Source of the DNA: an uncultured virus (IMG/VR IMGVR_UViG_2061766007_000756) | Lineage: Duplodnaviria; Heunggongvirae; Uroviricota; Caudoviricetes | Direction: 5' to 3' (one strand) | Length of the DNA: 46,520 bases | Virus record (IMG/VR): IMGVR_UViG_2061766007_000756 | Part shown: positions 18,773 to 31,800 of the stretch, piece by piece | Layout: the number at the start of each line of letters is the position of its first letter | Position numbering within the stretch: the stretch's first letter is position 1 | Made by a program: the position numbers and the translations under genes | The notes under the pieces: model-generated | Told to the model about the DNA's origin: nothing | The model's input: only the letters and a program-made list of their open reading frames with translations | The model's database searches: none

Positions 18773-21700
18773 GACTTGGGTTTTAGGCAGATACTAGTCA
18801 AGCTAAAGCTCAAATTGATGCATTAAATCAATCATTGCAGAAAATAGCAACTTCAATACCAAATTTAAAAAATAAATTTGATACTTCTGCTATTCGTGAT
18901 GCTAGTAATGCTGCAATGGAATTGCAACAGCATTTACAAAAAGCTACAGATGTAAATACTGGCAAGTTAAATCTAGCTACTTTTTAGGCTTCTTTAAAGG
19001 CCTCTAATAAAGATTTAAATCAATTAAAAAGAGATTTAGAAAAAATTGGTCCAGAAGGTCAAGATGCTTTTATGCAAGTATCTTAGGCTATTGCATATGC
19101 AGAAAATCCTATTAAAAGAGCGAATAAAGCATTAGATAATTTTAAAACTACTTTAATGAATACTGCAAGATGGCAAATTTCTTCAAGCATTTTACATGGT
19201 TTTATGGGGGCTATTCAATAGGCTTATGGATATGCACAAGATTTAAATCAATCATTAAATAATATTAGAATTGTTACTGGGTACTCTACTGATGAAATGG
19301 CAGCATTTGCTACTCAAGCAAATAAGGCAGCGCAAGCATTAAGCACAACAACAACTAGTTATACTGATGCAGCCTTAATTTATTATCAACAGGGTATTAG
19401 AGATTAGGCACAAATAGCTGCTCGTACAGATGCGACTATTAAATTAGCAAATGTATCTAGACAAAGTGCTGAAGAAGTTTCGCAACAAATGACAGCTATT
19501 TGGAATAATTTCTATGATGGTAGTAAAGCATTAGAATATTATGCTGACGCTATTACTGCATTAGGTGCAAATACTGCATCAAGTTCAGAAGAAATTGCTA
19601 CTGGTCTTGAAAAATTTGCGGCAGTGTCTAAAACAGTTGGTTTATCATATGAATATGCAACTGCTGCATTAGCAACAATTACAGCTCAAACTCGTCAAAG
19701 TGCTGATACCGTTGGTACTGGTTTAAGAACTTTATTTGCACGTTTAGAATCTTTAAAACTTGGAGAAAGTCTTGAAGATGGCGTTGATTTAAATAAATAT
19801 TCTAAAGCGTTGCATGATGTCGGTGTTGAAGTATTAGACACTAGTGGCCAAATGCGTAATATGGATAATATTCTTGATGATTTGGCTATTAGATGGGCTA
19901 ATTTAGGTCAAGCTTAGAAAATGGCTTTGGCTCAAACCGTTGGTGGTGTCCGTCAATATACAAACCTTATTGCATTGATGGATAATTGGGATAAAATGCA
20001 ATAGAATGTTATTACAGCACAAGAGTCAGAAGGCACATTATCACAACAAGCTGAAATTTATGCTGAATCTTGGGAAGCTGCTCAAAAACGAGTTAAAGCG
20101 GCTTTAGAAGAAATTTATGGTAAATTAATTGATGATGATTTTTTTATTTCTTTAAATGATACTTTAGCAACTACTATTAATATTGTAAGTGGTGTTATAG
20201 ATAGTTTTGGTGGTTTAAAAGGAATTTTAATGGCTATTGCTGGTATTTTTATGCAATCATATGCAAAAGAAGTACCAAGAATATTAGAAAGATTAAAAGA
20301 AGATATTTTAATAACTACTAATAAAGCTCAATAGGCTGCGGCACAATTACAGACTAAAAATTCACAAAGTTTNNNNNNNNNNNNNNNNNNNNNNNNNNNN
20401 NNNNNNNNNNNNNNNNNNNNNNNNNNNGCTGCTGAAGCATAGTTTTTAGCAACAATTAGTAAACGCAAAGCTGAATTAAATGCTAATAGCGCGAAATATT
20501 CAAAAGATGAATTAACAAGAGCAAATAACGAAATTTCTCGATTAGAGTTACAAGGAAAAAGATTAATTGAAATTGGACAGCGATATGATGATTTAAAAAC
20601 AAAAGTTGGTAGTTTAAGAAATAGTTTANNNNNNNNNNNNNNNNNNNNNNNNNNNNNNNNNNNNNNNNNNNNNNNNNNNNNNNNNNNNNNNNNNTGGTTC
20701 TAATACATTAATGCAAAGCGTAAAAGATGGGTCTGTTGCTTATGATGATGCTAAAATAAAACTATAGGCTTATGCAGATGCTTTATTGTAGACTAATCCT
20801 AATGCACAAGAATATAAGGATTTTGCAAAAGATGTANNNNNNNNNNNNNNNNNNNNNNNNNNNNNNNNNNNNNGAAGATTCTGTTAAAAAATTATAGGAA
20901 CTTATTAAAGCATTAGTTGATTATTCTATGACCGGGGCTGATAAAAGTAGTGAAAATTATAAACGAACTTTAGAATCTATTGGTGATAAATCTGAACAAG
21001 TTCAAGGCCAGTGCAGAGAAATGGGTGCGGCAGCAGTAGAGGCTGGACAAAAGTTTGTTGAAGGAGCACATGGCATTAAAACATTTGATCAAGGCTCAAA
21101 TAAATTACAATAGCATATGACTACTACTTCTGAATAGATCGTAACTTTTGCTGGTACTTTAATGACTTTAACAGCAGCTATGAATTCAATGAAAAGACTC
21201 GGAGATGTATTTTCTGATGAAGACTCATCTGCTGTTGATAAGGTTAGTGCTGCTATTGGAGCATTAGTTAGTATTATAACTGTTTTACAAGGCCTTAAAA
21301 AAATACAAGTTGCTTTAAATAATGCAGAGGCGGGATCATTAGGAGCGGTTATAGCTGGTTGGATTACTGAAGCTTCAACTAAAGGTGCAGCAACTGTGGC
21401 TCAAGAAGGTTTAAATGCAGCTATGTATTCTTGTCCATTGGTCTGGATTATAGGTTTAGTAGTGGNNNNNNNNNNNNNNNNNNNNNNNNNNNNNNNNNNN
21501 NNNNNNNNNNNNNNNNNNNNNNNNNNNNNNNNNNNNNNNNNNNNNNNNNNNNNNNNNNNNNNNNNNNNNNNNNNNNNCAGAAGAGGCTAATAATAGATTA
21601 AAAGATATTAAAGATACTGTAGATGGTTATACTTCAGCGATTGAAAAATTAGAATAGTGTACTAAAGGTACAGAAGCATGGGATGAGGCCTTAGCTAATG

Positions 21701-24700
21701 TATACCAAAAGATTGATGAATTATTGAAAAAATATCCAGAATTATTGTCTTATGGAAATTTATTTAATGCAGATGGAACTTTAAATACATAGGTTTTAAA
21801 TGAGTTTTTACAAAAGGCAACCAATAGTGCTGCTGCAGCTACAGCAGCATCTTATAGAGCAACGGCTAAGTCTCAATAGGCATAGGTGACTGCTGAAGCT
21901 AAACGTATTAATGATAAATATATGGTTGAACAAGATACTGGTGAAACAGATGACGATGGTAATAGAATTACTGAAAATATAAATAAGGGTCATATAGATA
22001 AAAGTCTTGCAACAGTTCAAACAGATTTAGATAAGTTAATGAGTTCTTATAAAATAATTGGTAGCTCAAGCTTGGAATTAGGTGATGTTTATCAATCTGT
22101 TGGTAATGTTACACAAGAATATGCAAATACTTTAATAGATTTAGCAAATAAACAAATTCAAGCACAAACCGCAATGAGTAATGCTACTAAATTGACTATT
22201 GATAAATGGGCACGTGATAATGGTCAAGAATTAGTAGACGGTCAAAATGCATTAATGTCAGTTGAATATGATAAATTATATGAAGATTTTTCTAAGGCCG
22301 TTAAAGAAACAAGTAATACAATGGCTCAAACTGCGACAGCAGATACTTCGCATTTGGGCGCTATTTTTAATGGAACATCTTTGGAAGGATTGTCGATTAC
22401 AGAAGCTTATAACAAAGCAAGAGGAAAAAATGAATCAACTGCACGTAATGCTGTACGTGGCTCAAAGGGTAATAGAACTTATGCCTATTTAGATGAAGAT
22501 GGAAAAGAAGTAGAATATAAATTAGAAGATATGTAGGCTAAAATTGCTGCTTATGCTGCTTTAGAAAAAATGGGCAAAGCGGCAGAAGAAGCATCTGCCA
22601 GAGTTTCTCAAATGAATACTGGCGTAGCTAAATTTATTGGTTCTGGATCATTAGAAAATTTAAGTCGTAGAGAATATAAGTCTATTAGAGATTCATTCGA
22701 TGAAAATGGAATTACTCAACAAACTGCATATGATTATTTATTAAAATAGACTGGCTCAGAAGAATTAGCAAAAAAATTAACAGACGATTTTGTAAAACAG
22801 ATGAGCGCAGGATGGAATGATATTTTTGATGAATTACCTAAAGAATTAAGTGAAAAAATAACAGAAGGTATGACTATCGCTAGTGCAACATCTTTAACCA
22901 AAACTTTATCTAAATTAAATTTTGGTCCTTTAGGAGAGGAAGCTGGTACAGAGTTTTCTAAAGGTCTTAATGACATGTTGACTGGTATGGATGAAGCCGA
23001 TTAGCAAAATGCATTAAATCAATTAGCTAATATAGATTGGTCTAATTGGGATGCTATGGAATAGGCCAATGCTATTTTACAATCTTTTGGTCATGAATTA
23101 GATTTAACCGATCCTCGCTGGAAAAAGTTTACTGATTATATGCATAAAGCAACTGTTGCTCAACCTGATTTTGCAAAATTAAGAGATACTTTATCATCAA
23201 TTGTTCCAATTTTACAAAATTTAAATTTTGGTAGTATTATTAAAGATGAAGATTATTAGAAATTAATTAAATNNNNNNNNNNNNNNNNNNNNNNNNNNNN
23301 NNNNNNNNNNNNNNNNNNNNNNNNNNGATCAAGAAGATATGTTAAAAGCCACCAGAGAAGCAATACAAGAAGAAAAAAAAGAATTAGATAATAGAGCAAA
23401 ACTTGCTAATAATTTAAATAAAGCTGGTTGGCACAACACCGTAAGTGGAGAAGCTATTGATTTTACAAATGTTGATGATATGAAACGTTATAATTTATCA
23501 ACATTTTTGGGTTCTTCATCATTTGGTGATATTGTTGAAGCTATGGGATATACTACTGATTAGATACAAAAATGGTCTGATAGTGGTAATACTGAAGCTT
23601 TAAATCAGTTTTATGAAAAGTTTGCTGAATTTACATCTCAAGACTATGGAGAATTAAGTGAACAAGTAGATGAGCGTTTAGCTTCTATGACTACTAATTT
23701 AGAAGAATTAAATGCTATACAAAGTGAAATTTCTCAAAAAGCTTATGATAAACAATTTAAAGCACTTAGCACAGAAGCATTAAACTCAGCTAATTCAATA
23801 GATGAAGTAAAAAAAGTTTTAGAAGAATATAATCTTGATGAAAGCGTTGCAGCAGATAAAATTCGTGAATTAGGCCTTGCTGCAGTTGATCAAGCTAAAT
23901 CATTTGATGAATTAAATGAAATTCTTAAAGAATATGGTTTACAACCTGAAGATATAGCTAAAAAAGAACATGAATTAGCTTTAGAAGCAGCAAATGATGC
24001 AGAAACTTTAGATGAATTAATTGAATTACGTAAAACCTATGGATTAACTACTGAAGAAGTTGGTGAAAAGACTGCTAATTTTGCCAATAATTTATTGGCT
24101 TTGCATAAATTATTAGAGCAAGGTCTTATTGATCAAGAACAATATAATAAAAAAGCTCAAGAACTTGTAAATGCAAGATTTGAAGCAGTTAATACTGTAT
24201 AGGAATTAGATAATTTAGTTTCTGAATTAAATGCAGCAGCTAATTTATTAGGAGATGATAGTACTTCATTATTTAATCAATATTCTGAAACATTAATTCG
24301 ATTAGGCGAAGCTTGTGAAAATGCTACTAAAGAAACTTATGATTATAAAGAAGCATTAGAAGATGTAATGCGAGCAGAAGAAGAGCGCAATCAAGCAAAT
24401 ATAGCATTAAGTTCTTTAATGGCAGATGACACACATAATGAAAGTGAAGAATTAGAAGCTACTAAAAGANNNNNNNNNNNNNNNNNNNNNNNNNNNNNNN
24501 NNNNNNNNNAAAAGAAGTTAGCTGAAGCTGAAGATTATTTGCGTGCAGCCACCAAGGCATCAGATAGCGCTTCAAAATATGGTTTTGATGCAAAAGTAAT
24601 TGAAAATCAAGCTAAAGAAATTCGTCAATTAAATGGAGACATTGAAATTTCTGCAGAAGAAGCTGTTGAATTAGCAGTTGCAAATCAAAGATTAAATAGA

Positions 24701-27700
24701 GGTATTAAAACTCTTAATGAAAATTTTGAAGATTGGCGTCAAACCTTAGAGTCAACAGATTCAACTTCTGTTGAATATGCTGAAACCGCTACACAAGTTG
24801 AGTCTGCTATTGCTGATTTAATTGGGGCTGCAGATGATTTCGATTTACCACCAGACTTTTTAGAAATGCCTGGTGTTTTAGATAAGATAGAATTAGCGGC
24901 TANNNNNNNNNNNNNNNNNNNNNNNNNNNNNNNNNNNNNNNNNNNNNNNNNNNNNNNNNNNTATTAATGAGTAGCAATTTGAAAATTATAAATTAACTGT
25001 TCTACAAGGTATTCAAGATATAACAGATAATTTACCTTCTTTATTAGATAGTACAATGACCATTCAAGAAGCAATGAATGGAACTGCTGGTACTTGGGTT
25101 TAGTCATTAAATGAAATGGCCAAGGCTACTGGAATGTCTGTAGAATAGATGAATGGATTATTAAATCAATTAGGAGTGCAGGCCAAAGTTGATGTAATAT
25201 CTGTTCCTCAAGATATGGAAGTTCCTACTTATGATGAATATTCTCAATTAGTTGAATCCGAAAAAACTCATGCTACTTATAAAGGACCTGATGGAGAAAC
25301 TATTGAATATGAAATACCTAAATATCATAGAAGAACTTGGACCGTACCAGGTTAGCCATTGACTGTTGAAGGATATGCTTAGGTTGCTTAGATTAGCACT
25401 GTTGAAGGAAAAACTCCAGAAGCATCAATTAATTTTACTGGTGTTGGTGGTACTTCTAAAGCAGCAGGTACCTCTAGACCTCGTGGTGGAGGAGTATCTC
25501 CTCGCTCAACTTCGCCAAAAACAACCAAAACTTCAACTCCAAAATCTACTAAAAAAGAAGTTAAAGAACATAAAAATTTAACTGATGAAAAAGAACGTTA
25601 TCATTTGATAAATCAGCAAATTGAACGCCAAACTAATTTATTAGACAGATTAAGTAAAAACAAAGATAGAGCATTTGGTCCTAATAAACAAAAATATTAT
25701 GCACAAGAATTGAAATCTTTAAAAGATATGGGTAAGATGTATGAAGAACATCTTCGTCAATCTTCCGCATATCTAGCTCAAGATAAAGCAGTAATGCAAG
25801 CTTGGGGTGCATAGATTTCAGCCAAAGATGGTTCTATTTTGAATTATGATGCTTTATTAAAGGCACAAATTGATGCTTATAATAGAGCTGTAGATAGATA
25901 TAACGCTTCTAGTCAAACCGATGCCGATAAAGATGCTTTAAAAGCTGCTGAAGATAGATTTAAGAAATTTCAAGATGATTTAAAACAATATGAAGATACA
26001 GTTAAAACTCATGAAGAAGATATAAATAAATATATCGACAATATGATTGAACAATATGACACAATGCAAGCTAAAACTGCTGATGCCATTGAGTTCCGTA
26101 TTGAGTATGATGATTCTGTATTAGATTTCTTAGATAAATTAATTGACAGATTAGATAGTTGGAATGGTAGTATGTTTGCGGCCGTGGATATTATGGGTAA
26201 ATTAAATGATAAGACTGGCGCACTTATTGAGAAAAATAAAGATTTAGAAACTGCTACTGCTGAAACTCTTGAGCATTTCTTAATGGATTATAAAGAATTC
26301 GATAAGAATGGCAATATTACATTCCAAACTGGATTATCTAAACAAGCTTCTCAAGAATTTATTGGTAGATTTAATGCTGGTGAATTGACTACTGAAGATA
26401 TTCAAATGCTTGCTCATATGCCAGAAGAAGAACGTCAACTTCTTATGGACTATGCACAACAAAGACAAGATAATACTGATGCTTTAATTGAAACCGCACA
26501 AGCTGTTGTTGATGATGTAGAAAGATAGTTTAATGATGCTAAGGACGAACTTGCGGAAGCCGCTCGTCCGATCAGAGAGGCCACAGCAGCATTAGATAAC
26601 TATGCAGCTATTATTGATATTGTTGGTGCGGATTATCTTGGCGTAACTGATGATATTATGCTTAGATTCAGAGACCAACAATGGAATGTTTTACATGATA
26701 CTACAATGGCGAATAAGGCAACCATGGAAGCTCTTGGCGAACAAAGAGATATGATTGAAGACCTTATGAATAAAGCATTGGCTGCTGGTGATGATGAACT
26801 AGCAGAAATGTATCGTGAAAAATTAAAGGGTATTAATGATGAAGTTCAATCAGCAACAGAAGAATGGTATTCATCTTGGCAAGCTGAATTAGGTAAATTA
26901 GAAGAAGATTTTGAAAAGCATATTGATGAGATTAAAACTAAGGCATTGGATCTTGCGGCCGGACCTAATAACACATGGCAATCATTAAAAGATACTATGG
27001 ATTATGCACAAAAAGCTGCTGAAAGATTTTTGCCTGAATATAAAGAAATTTATGAATTTAGTAAATTAAATCGTGATATAAATAAATCTATTGATGATAC
27101 TGATAATATTAAAAATAAACAAGCATTAAAGAAATTACAAGAAGAGATTAATAAATTACAAGAGCGTTCTGGAGAAATTAGCCAATATGATTTAGACAAT
27201 GCTCGCCGCAAATATGAATTAGAATTGGCCAGATTGGCTCTTGAAGACGCTCGTAGCGCCAAAGAAGTTGTCCGTTTAAGTAAAGATTCTGAAGGTAATT
27301 GGTCTTATATCTATACAGCAAATGAAGAAGATGTTGCAAATGCTGAACAGAATTATGAAGATAAATTATATGCTATGCAATCAGCCAATGCTGATTATAT
27401 AAATAATTTACAAGGTCAATTAACTCAAGCTACTGAAGATTATTATAATAAAGTTGCTGAAATTAATCTTGTTTATAAGGACGATGATGATAGACGTCGT
27501 GAAGAATTAGCTAAAGCAAAAGCGCAATATGAAGAAACCATGGGATATTATAGTAATGAACTTCAAAAAGCTATGGATAACAATAAAGAGCTTTATGAAG
27601 AAGATTGGGCATGGTATTCTGATTATACTAAGAAAATTAATGACGATCAAGGTTATCGTCTTGGCGAATTAGATAATTATATAACTGATTTTAATGATAC

Positions 27701-28782
27701 AATGCTTGGTATGGCTACTGGATATGACAATCTGGNNNNNNNNNNNNNNNNNNNNNNNNNNNNNNNNNNNNCAAATGAACGAAACTTATGAACATTTAGC
27801 CGAACATATTAAATTATCTATGGAAGATGCTGGAACTTCTGTTGATGAATTTGCTCAAGAAATGATGGAGCAAGTTGATGAGGTTATTGTTCCAAAAGCT
27901 GATGAAGGACGTGATGCGGTTGAAGAATTAGCTGATACAACAGTTGATGCAATGCAAGCTCTTGTTGATTAGGCTGATGCTTGGCGCAGAAAATATGAAG
28001 ATGATATGCAAGCAATTATTGATAAGAATAATTTGGTTGTTAAATCTATTCAAGATGTAACTGGTGCATTATCTGTATTGCATAAACAAGAAATTGGTCA
28101 TGATGAAAGTACTGGTGGTTCTCCAGAAAATCCAGAAGGCTCTGGAACTGGAAGCACAGGTGTCGGTAAGGATGCTACTGGTTCTGGTAGTAAATATAGT
28201 AGAAGCGATTTTATGAATTATACTTATTCTGGGAATGGTACGGACAGAAAGTATTATATTAATGGACAATATGTTGGACGTATTGTTGGATTTGAAAATG
28301 GTGTATCTGTACAAGATACGACAGAAGCGAAAGTAATTCAAGCTTTAATTAATGCTGGTATTTGGGGTAATAATTATACAGCTGGTACTTGGAATCCAGT
28401 AAATCATAGAAGCAAAGAAGAAATCTTTAAACAATTTGGATTTGCTTCTGGCGGTTATACTGGTGAATGGGCTGGTAATGAAGGTAGACTTGCTATGTTA
28501 CACCAAAAGGAATTAGTATTAGATGAAGATGATACAAAGAATATGCTAAAAAGTGTTGAAATTATCAGATCTCTTGCTTCAATGATTGACCTTAATGCGA
28601 AAGCTTCTGAATTTGCTATTGGTAATTTGAGTGCGGCAAGCGCAAAATTCATGCCGACACAACTTGAGCAAACGGTAACTATTAGTGCAGAGTTCCCGAA
28701 TGCAACCGATAGAAATGAAATTGCTGAAGCCTTTGATATTTTAATTAATCAAGCATCTCAATATGCTAATCGAAAATATTGA
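18773..28782 (+). CDS. Tail tape measure protein (~3,300 aa; start in N gap; many TAG)
   Basis: LGF[TAG 18784]ADTSQAK, with further in-frame TAG at 18985, 19084, 19219, 19405, 19915, 20002 and others. TMP core (LGANTASSSEEIATGLEKF, GTGLRTLFARL), long Ala/Glu/Lys helical region, C-terminal FASGGYTG...AMLHQKELVL. Ends TGA before a terminator. Confidence 0.9.
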
Positions 28783-28791
28783 TATAAATTT

Positions 28792-28821
28792 AGGGAGGAC
28801 TTTTATGTCCTCCCTTTTTTT
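28792..28821 (+). terminator. Rho-independent terminator after the tape measure gene
   Basis: AGGGAGGAC-TTTTAT-GTCCTCCCT, then TTTTTT. Confidence 0.9.
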
Positions 28822-28823
28822 AT

Positions 28824-28871
28824 TTGGCCAAATTATAACAAAATAACAAATCTGATTTTCAATAAATATAG
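28824..28871 (+). promoter_or_regulatory. Candidate late promoter motif, copy 3
   Basis: TTGGCCAAATTATAACAAAATAACAAATCTGATTTTCAATAAATATAG, between a terminator and the next RBS. Confidence 0.5.
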
Positions 28872-28898
28872 ATAATGAGAGAAAGGAGTTAGTTGCAT

Positions 28899-31800
28899 AT
28901 GGCAGGNNNNNNNNNNNNNNNNNNNNNNNNNNNNNNNNNNNNNNNNNNTGTATCAAAGCGTATAGAAGATCTTGGCTATGATAAAACTATTATATGCACA
29001 ATCACCGATGATGGTGACTCATCCAATGGGCATTATGTCGTTAATAATGGGTCAACCAGTTTTGACGCATATTCAGAAGATACTGGATATAAGAAAAACG
29101 ATAGTGTCTATGTAACTGTCCCAAAAGGTGATTTTACTCAACAAAAAATAATTATAAGTAAATATACGGCAAACAATGGAACAGATCCAATTGCTTATAT
29201 TTCACCATTAGAGAATATTTATTTGGTTTCCAATAATTTGGTAACTGGTACTAATTTAAGAAACAATTCAATACTTGCTAATGGTAAGTTAGAGCCAGAA
29301 TATGTAGAGCGTGATGAGTTAGAAGGACGAGACGTTCATTATATTCCTCCGGGTAGATATAGACTTATTTGGGAACAGGATTTAACAGCCAATCAAGATG
29401 CGGCATTATTAAATAATGCAGTATTTGATACCTTAGCTGTTAAAGCAAAATTTAAGTGCGGCTTGGGGTCTTTATATAATATGAAATCAGGCCACTATGG
29501 ATTGATTTTTGAATTATTCTCTGTTGTAAATCCTGATGCTACTCCAATAGAGTATAGAGTTACCAGATTTGATTTTAATAATGGAGAATTTTTCGGTAAT
29601 CCATATATGTTTTTATCTTATGTTGAATAGGAAAAATATTTTGGTATTAGTGCTTTAGGTAATATNNNNNNNNNNNNTATCAAAGCAGCGATTTTAAATA
29701 TCGTGGTAATGTCGATATTACAGATTCAGTTGTACCAACTCCGGCAGCAAGCATTAATTTAACCGAGTTACAAGCAAGATATGATGCAGCAGTGGCCGCA
29801 TATAATACTCATAATACTGCTGAAAATTATTTAGCAAGACAAGAGGCTGAATAGGCTTTAACTTCTGGATAGAATTTAATTGTTCGTGAAAATAAAGGTT
29901 TGTTAAATAATATCTTTGTTGAAGATTTAGAAGTTTATTTTGGTATGGATTTAACTCGTGTTGCTGATAATACTTTTTCTATTTATACTAATGGTACATC
30001 TACTTTTAATACAAATAAAGGTGATGACTATAATACAAAATTAATTATGCCAGTTTGGTTTAATAAAACTGAACAGGGTGAATATATAGGCTTTTCTGAT
30101 GGAATTTATGATTTTCTTGAATCAACAACTGAGCCGGTCGGTAAAAATTATACTGAAGATGATTATATGACTCTTGCGGCTTATTATAATAGTGCAATGA
30201 GACTTGATTAGCAATAGTTGATTGATATGGGTATTCCAGCTGTAAAAGAGCTAATGTTTATTTATGCTTACATGTTACAAGTCCAATAGAAATTAGATCT
30301 TTTGTATAGAAAAGCTTCAACTGATATAAATAGATGTTATACTAAAGTACAACAAGATTTGCGAGGTTATCAGACCGCTGGTCAAAGAGCCGAAACACTT
30401 GAACAATATGAAAGTGTAACTGCTCAAACAGGTTCTTATGCTAATCTATTAAAATATTTAGGAATTATTAAAGAAGATACAAATACTTCAGAAGCATGGA
30501 ATAATATTATTATTCCAAGTTTTCGTTAGGCGATAATTAATTCATTAGTTGAATTTGGCTAGGTATATACTGGTCAACGACAAATTTCTTCAATATCAAC
30601 TTATCCTGATAGTGGGGATGATGTGCCAGGTATTATGACAACATTAGTTGGACAAATCGATACTGTAAAAACTTGTTTAGCCAATGCCAAAAATAGTGGT
30701 TTGAGTTATTTTAATAATATTCATACATATGTTGATAGTGACGTAATGGCTATTTGGGACAATTGGAAAGCTTCTTTAGAAAAAGTTTTTGAAGAGTGTG
30801 AAGAAATAGTCACATCAATTGAGAACATTTTAGAAAGAACTAATCCTGGTGAATCAGCTAGTGATGCAGAGAAGTTGAAATATTGGGGAACAATTTTATT
30901 TCAATATATATCTGTTTATGATAAATTCCAAAATAGTAAATTTGAAGATTTTGAAGCAGAGCATCAATTATTTATTGATTCTTATGCTAATCGTTATTGT
31001 ATTTATTATTATAGATATGTTGATAATTATTTTAATGAAAATGAAAAATTTATGCAAAAAGGTTGGCAACGAATTGAATCATTAACAAATTTAGGCTTGC
31101 CTGATGGTTACACAACAGCTGATAATGGGGATCTTATGTACGAGCCTCGCGCAAAAGATTCTTCATTTACTTATACTATTGGTGATGCAACACTTAGATC
31201 GGAAAGAATTCAAGCTGTTTTATTTTATAATCATTAGATGTTTAAAAGTAATATATTAACATTCTATAATGAAGAACCAGTAGTTGATGAATCTACTAAA
31301 GATACTATTACTGGTTTATATATTTAGCTCACTGATGAAGTTTTAGGCACTTCTTTAGATGAAGAAGGTAATCCAGAAGTAATACACAAAGATACTTATA
31401 ATTCTAAAGAAACTTATCAACTATATGATATTACTAATACTTTAGTTAATGGTGCTGAGGCTTATAAAAAGCGCAAATTGCGTGCAAGATATAAAAGTGC
31501 GCGCAAAGGTGATAATTATTTAAAAAAGAATTGTGTTATTTATTGGTATGTTCCTTTAACTGGCACAATGTTGACTTATAGTCGTGAAGATTTGATTGCG
31601 GCCGGCTTTTCTGTGTATGAGCCAGGTTATTTACGCGGAACAGACGCACTTCAAGAACAAAAACGTGCGCTTAGAAGAGTTGATTATTTAACTGATGAAG
31701 ATTATCAAGAGGCAATCGCTAATTTAGAAGCGAATTTTACTGGTGATCTTTATCCAGCTCCTCCTGCTCNNNNNNNNNNNNNAAGGATATATGATGGCTT

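Noticed and set aside
8100..28782. TGA also recoded
   Set aside because: TGA at 8100, 13901 and 28780 marks true gene ends followed by an RBS or terminator, and no in-frame TGA was seen inside genes.
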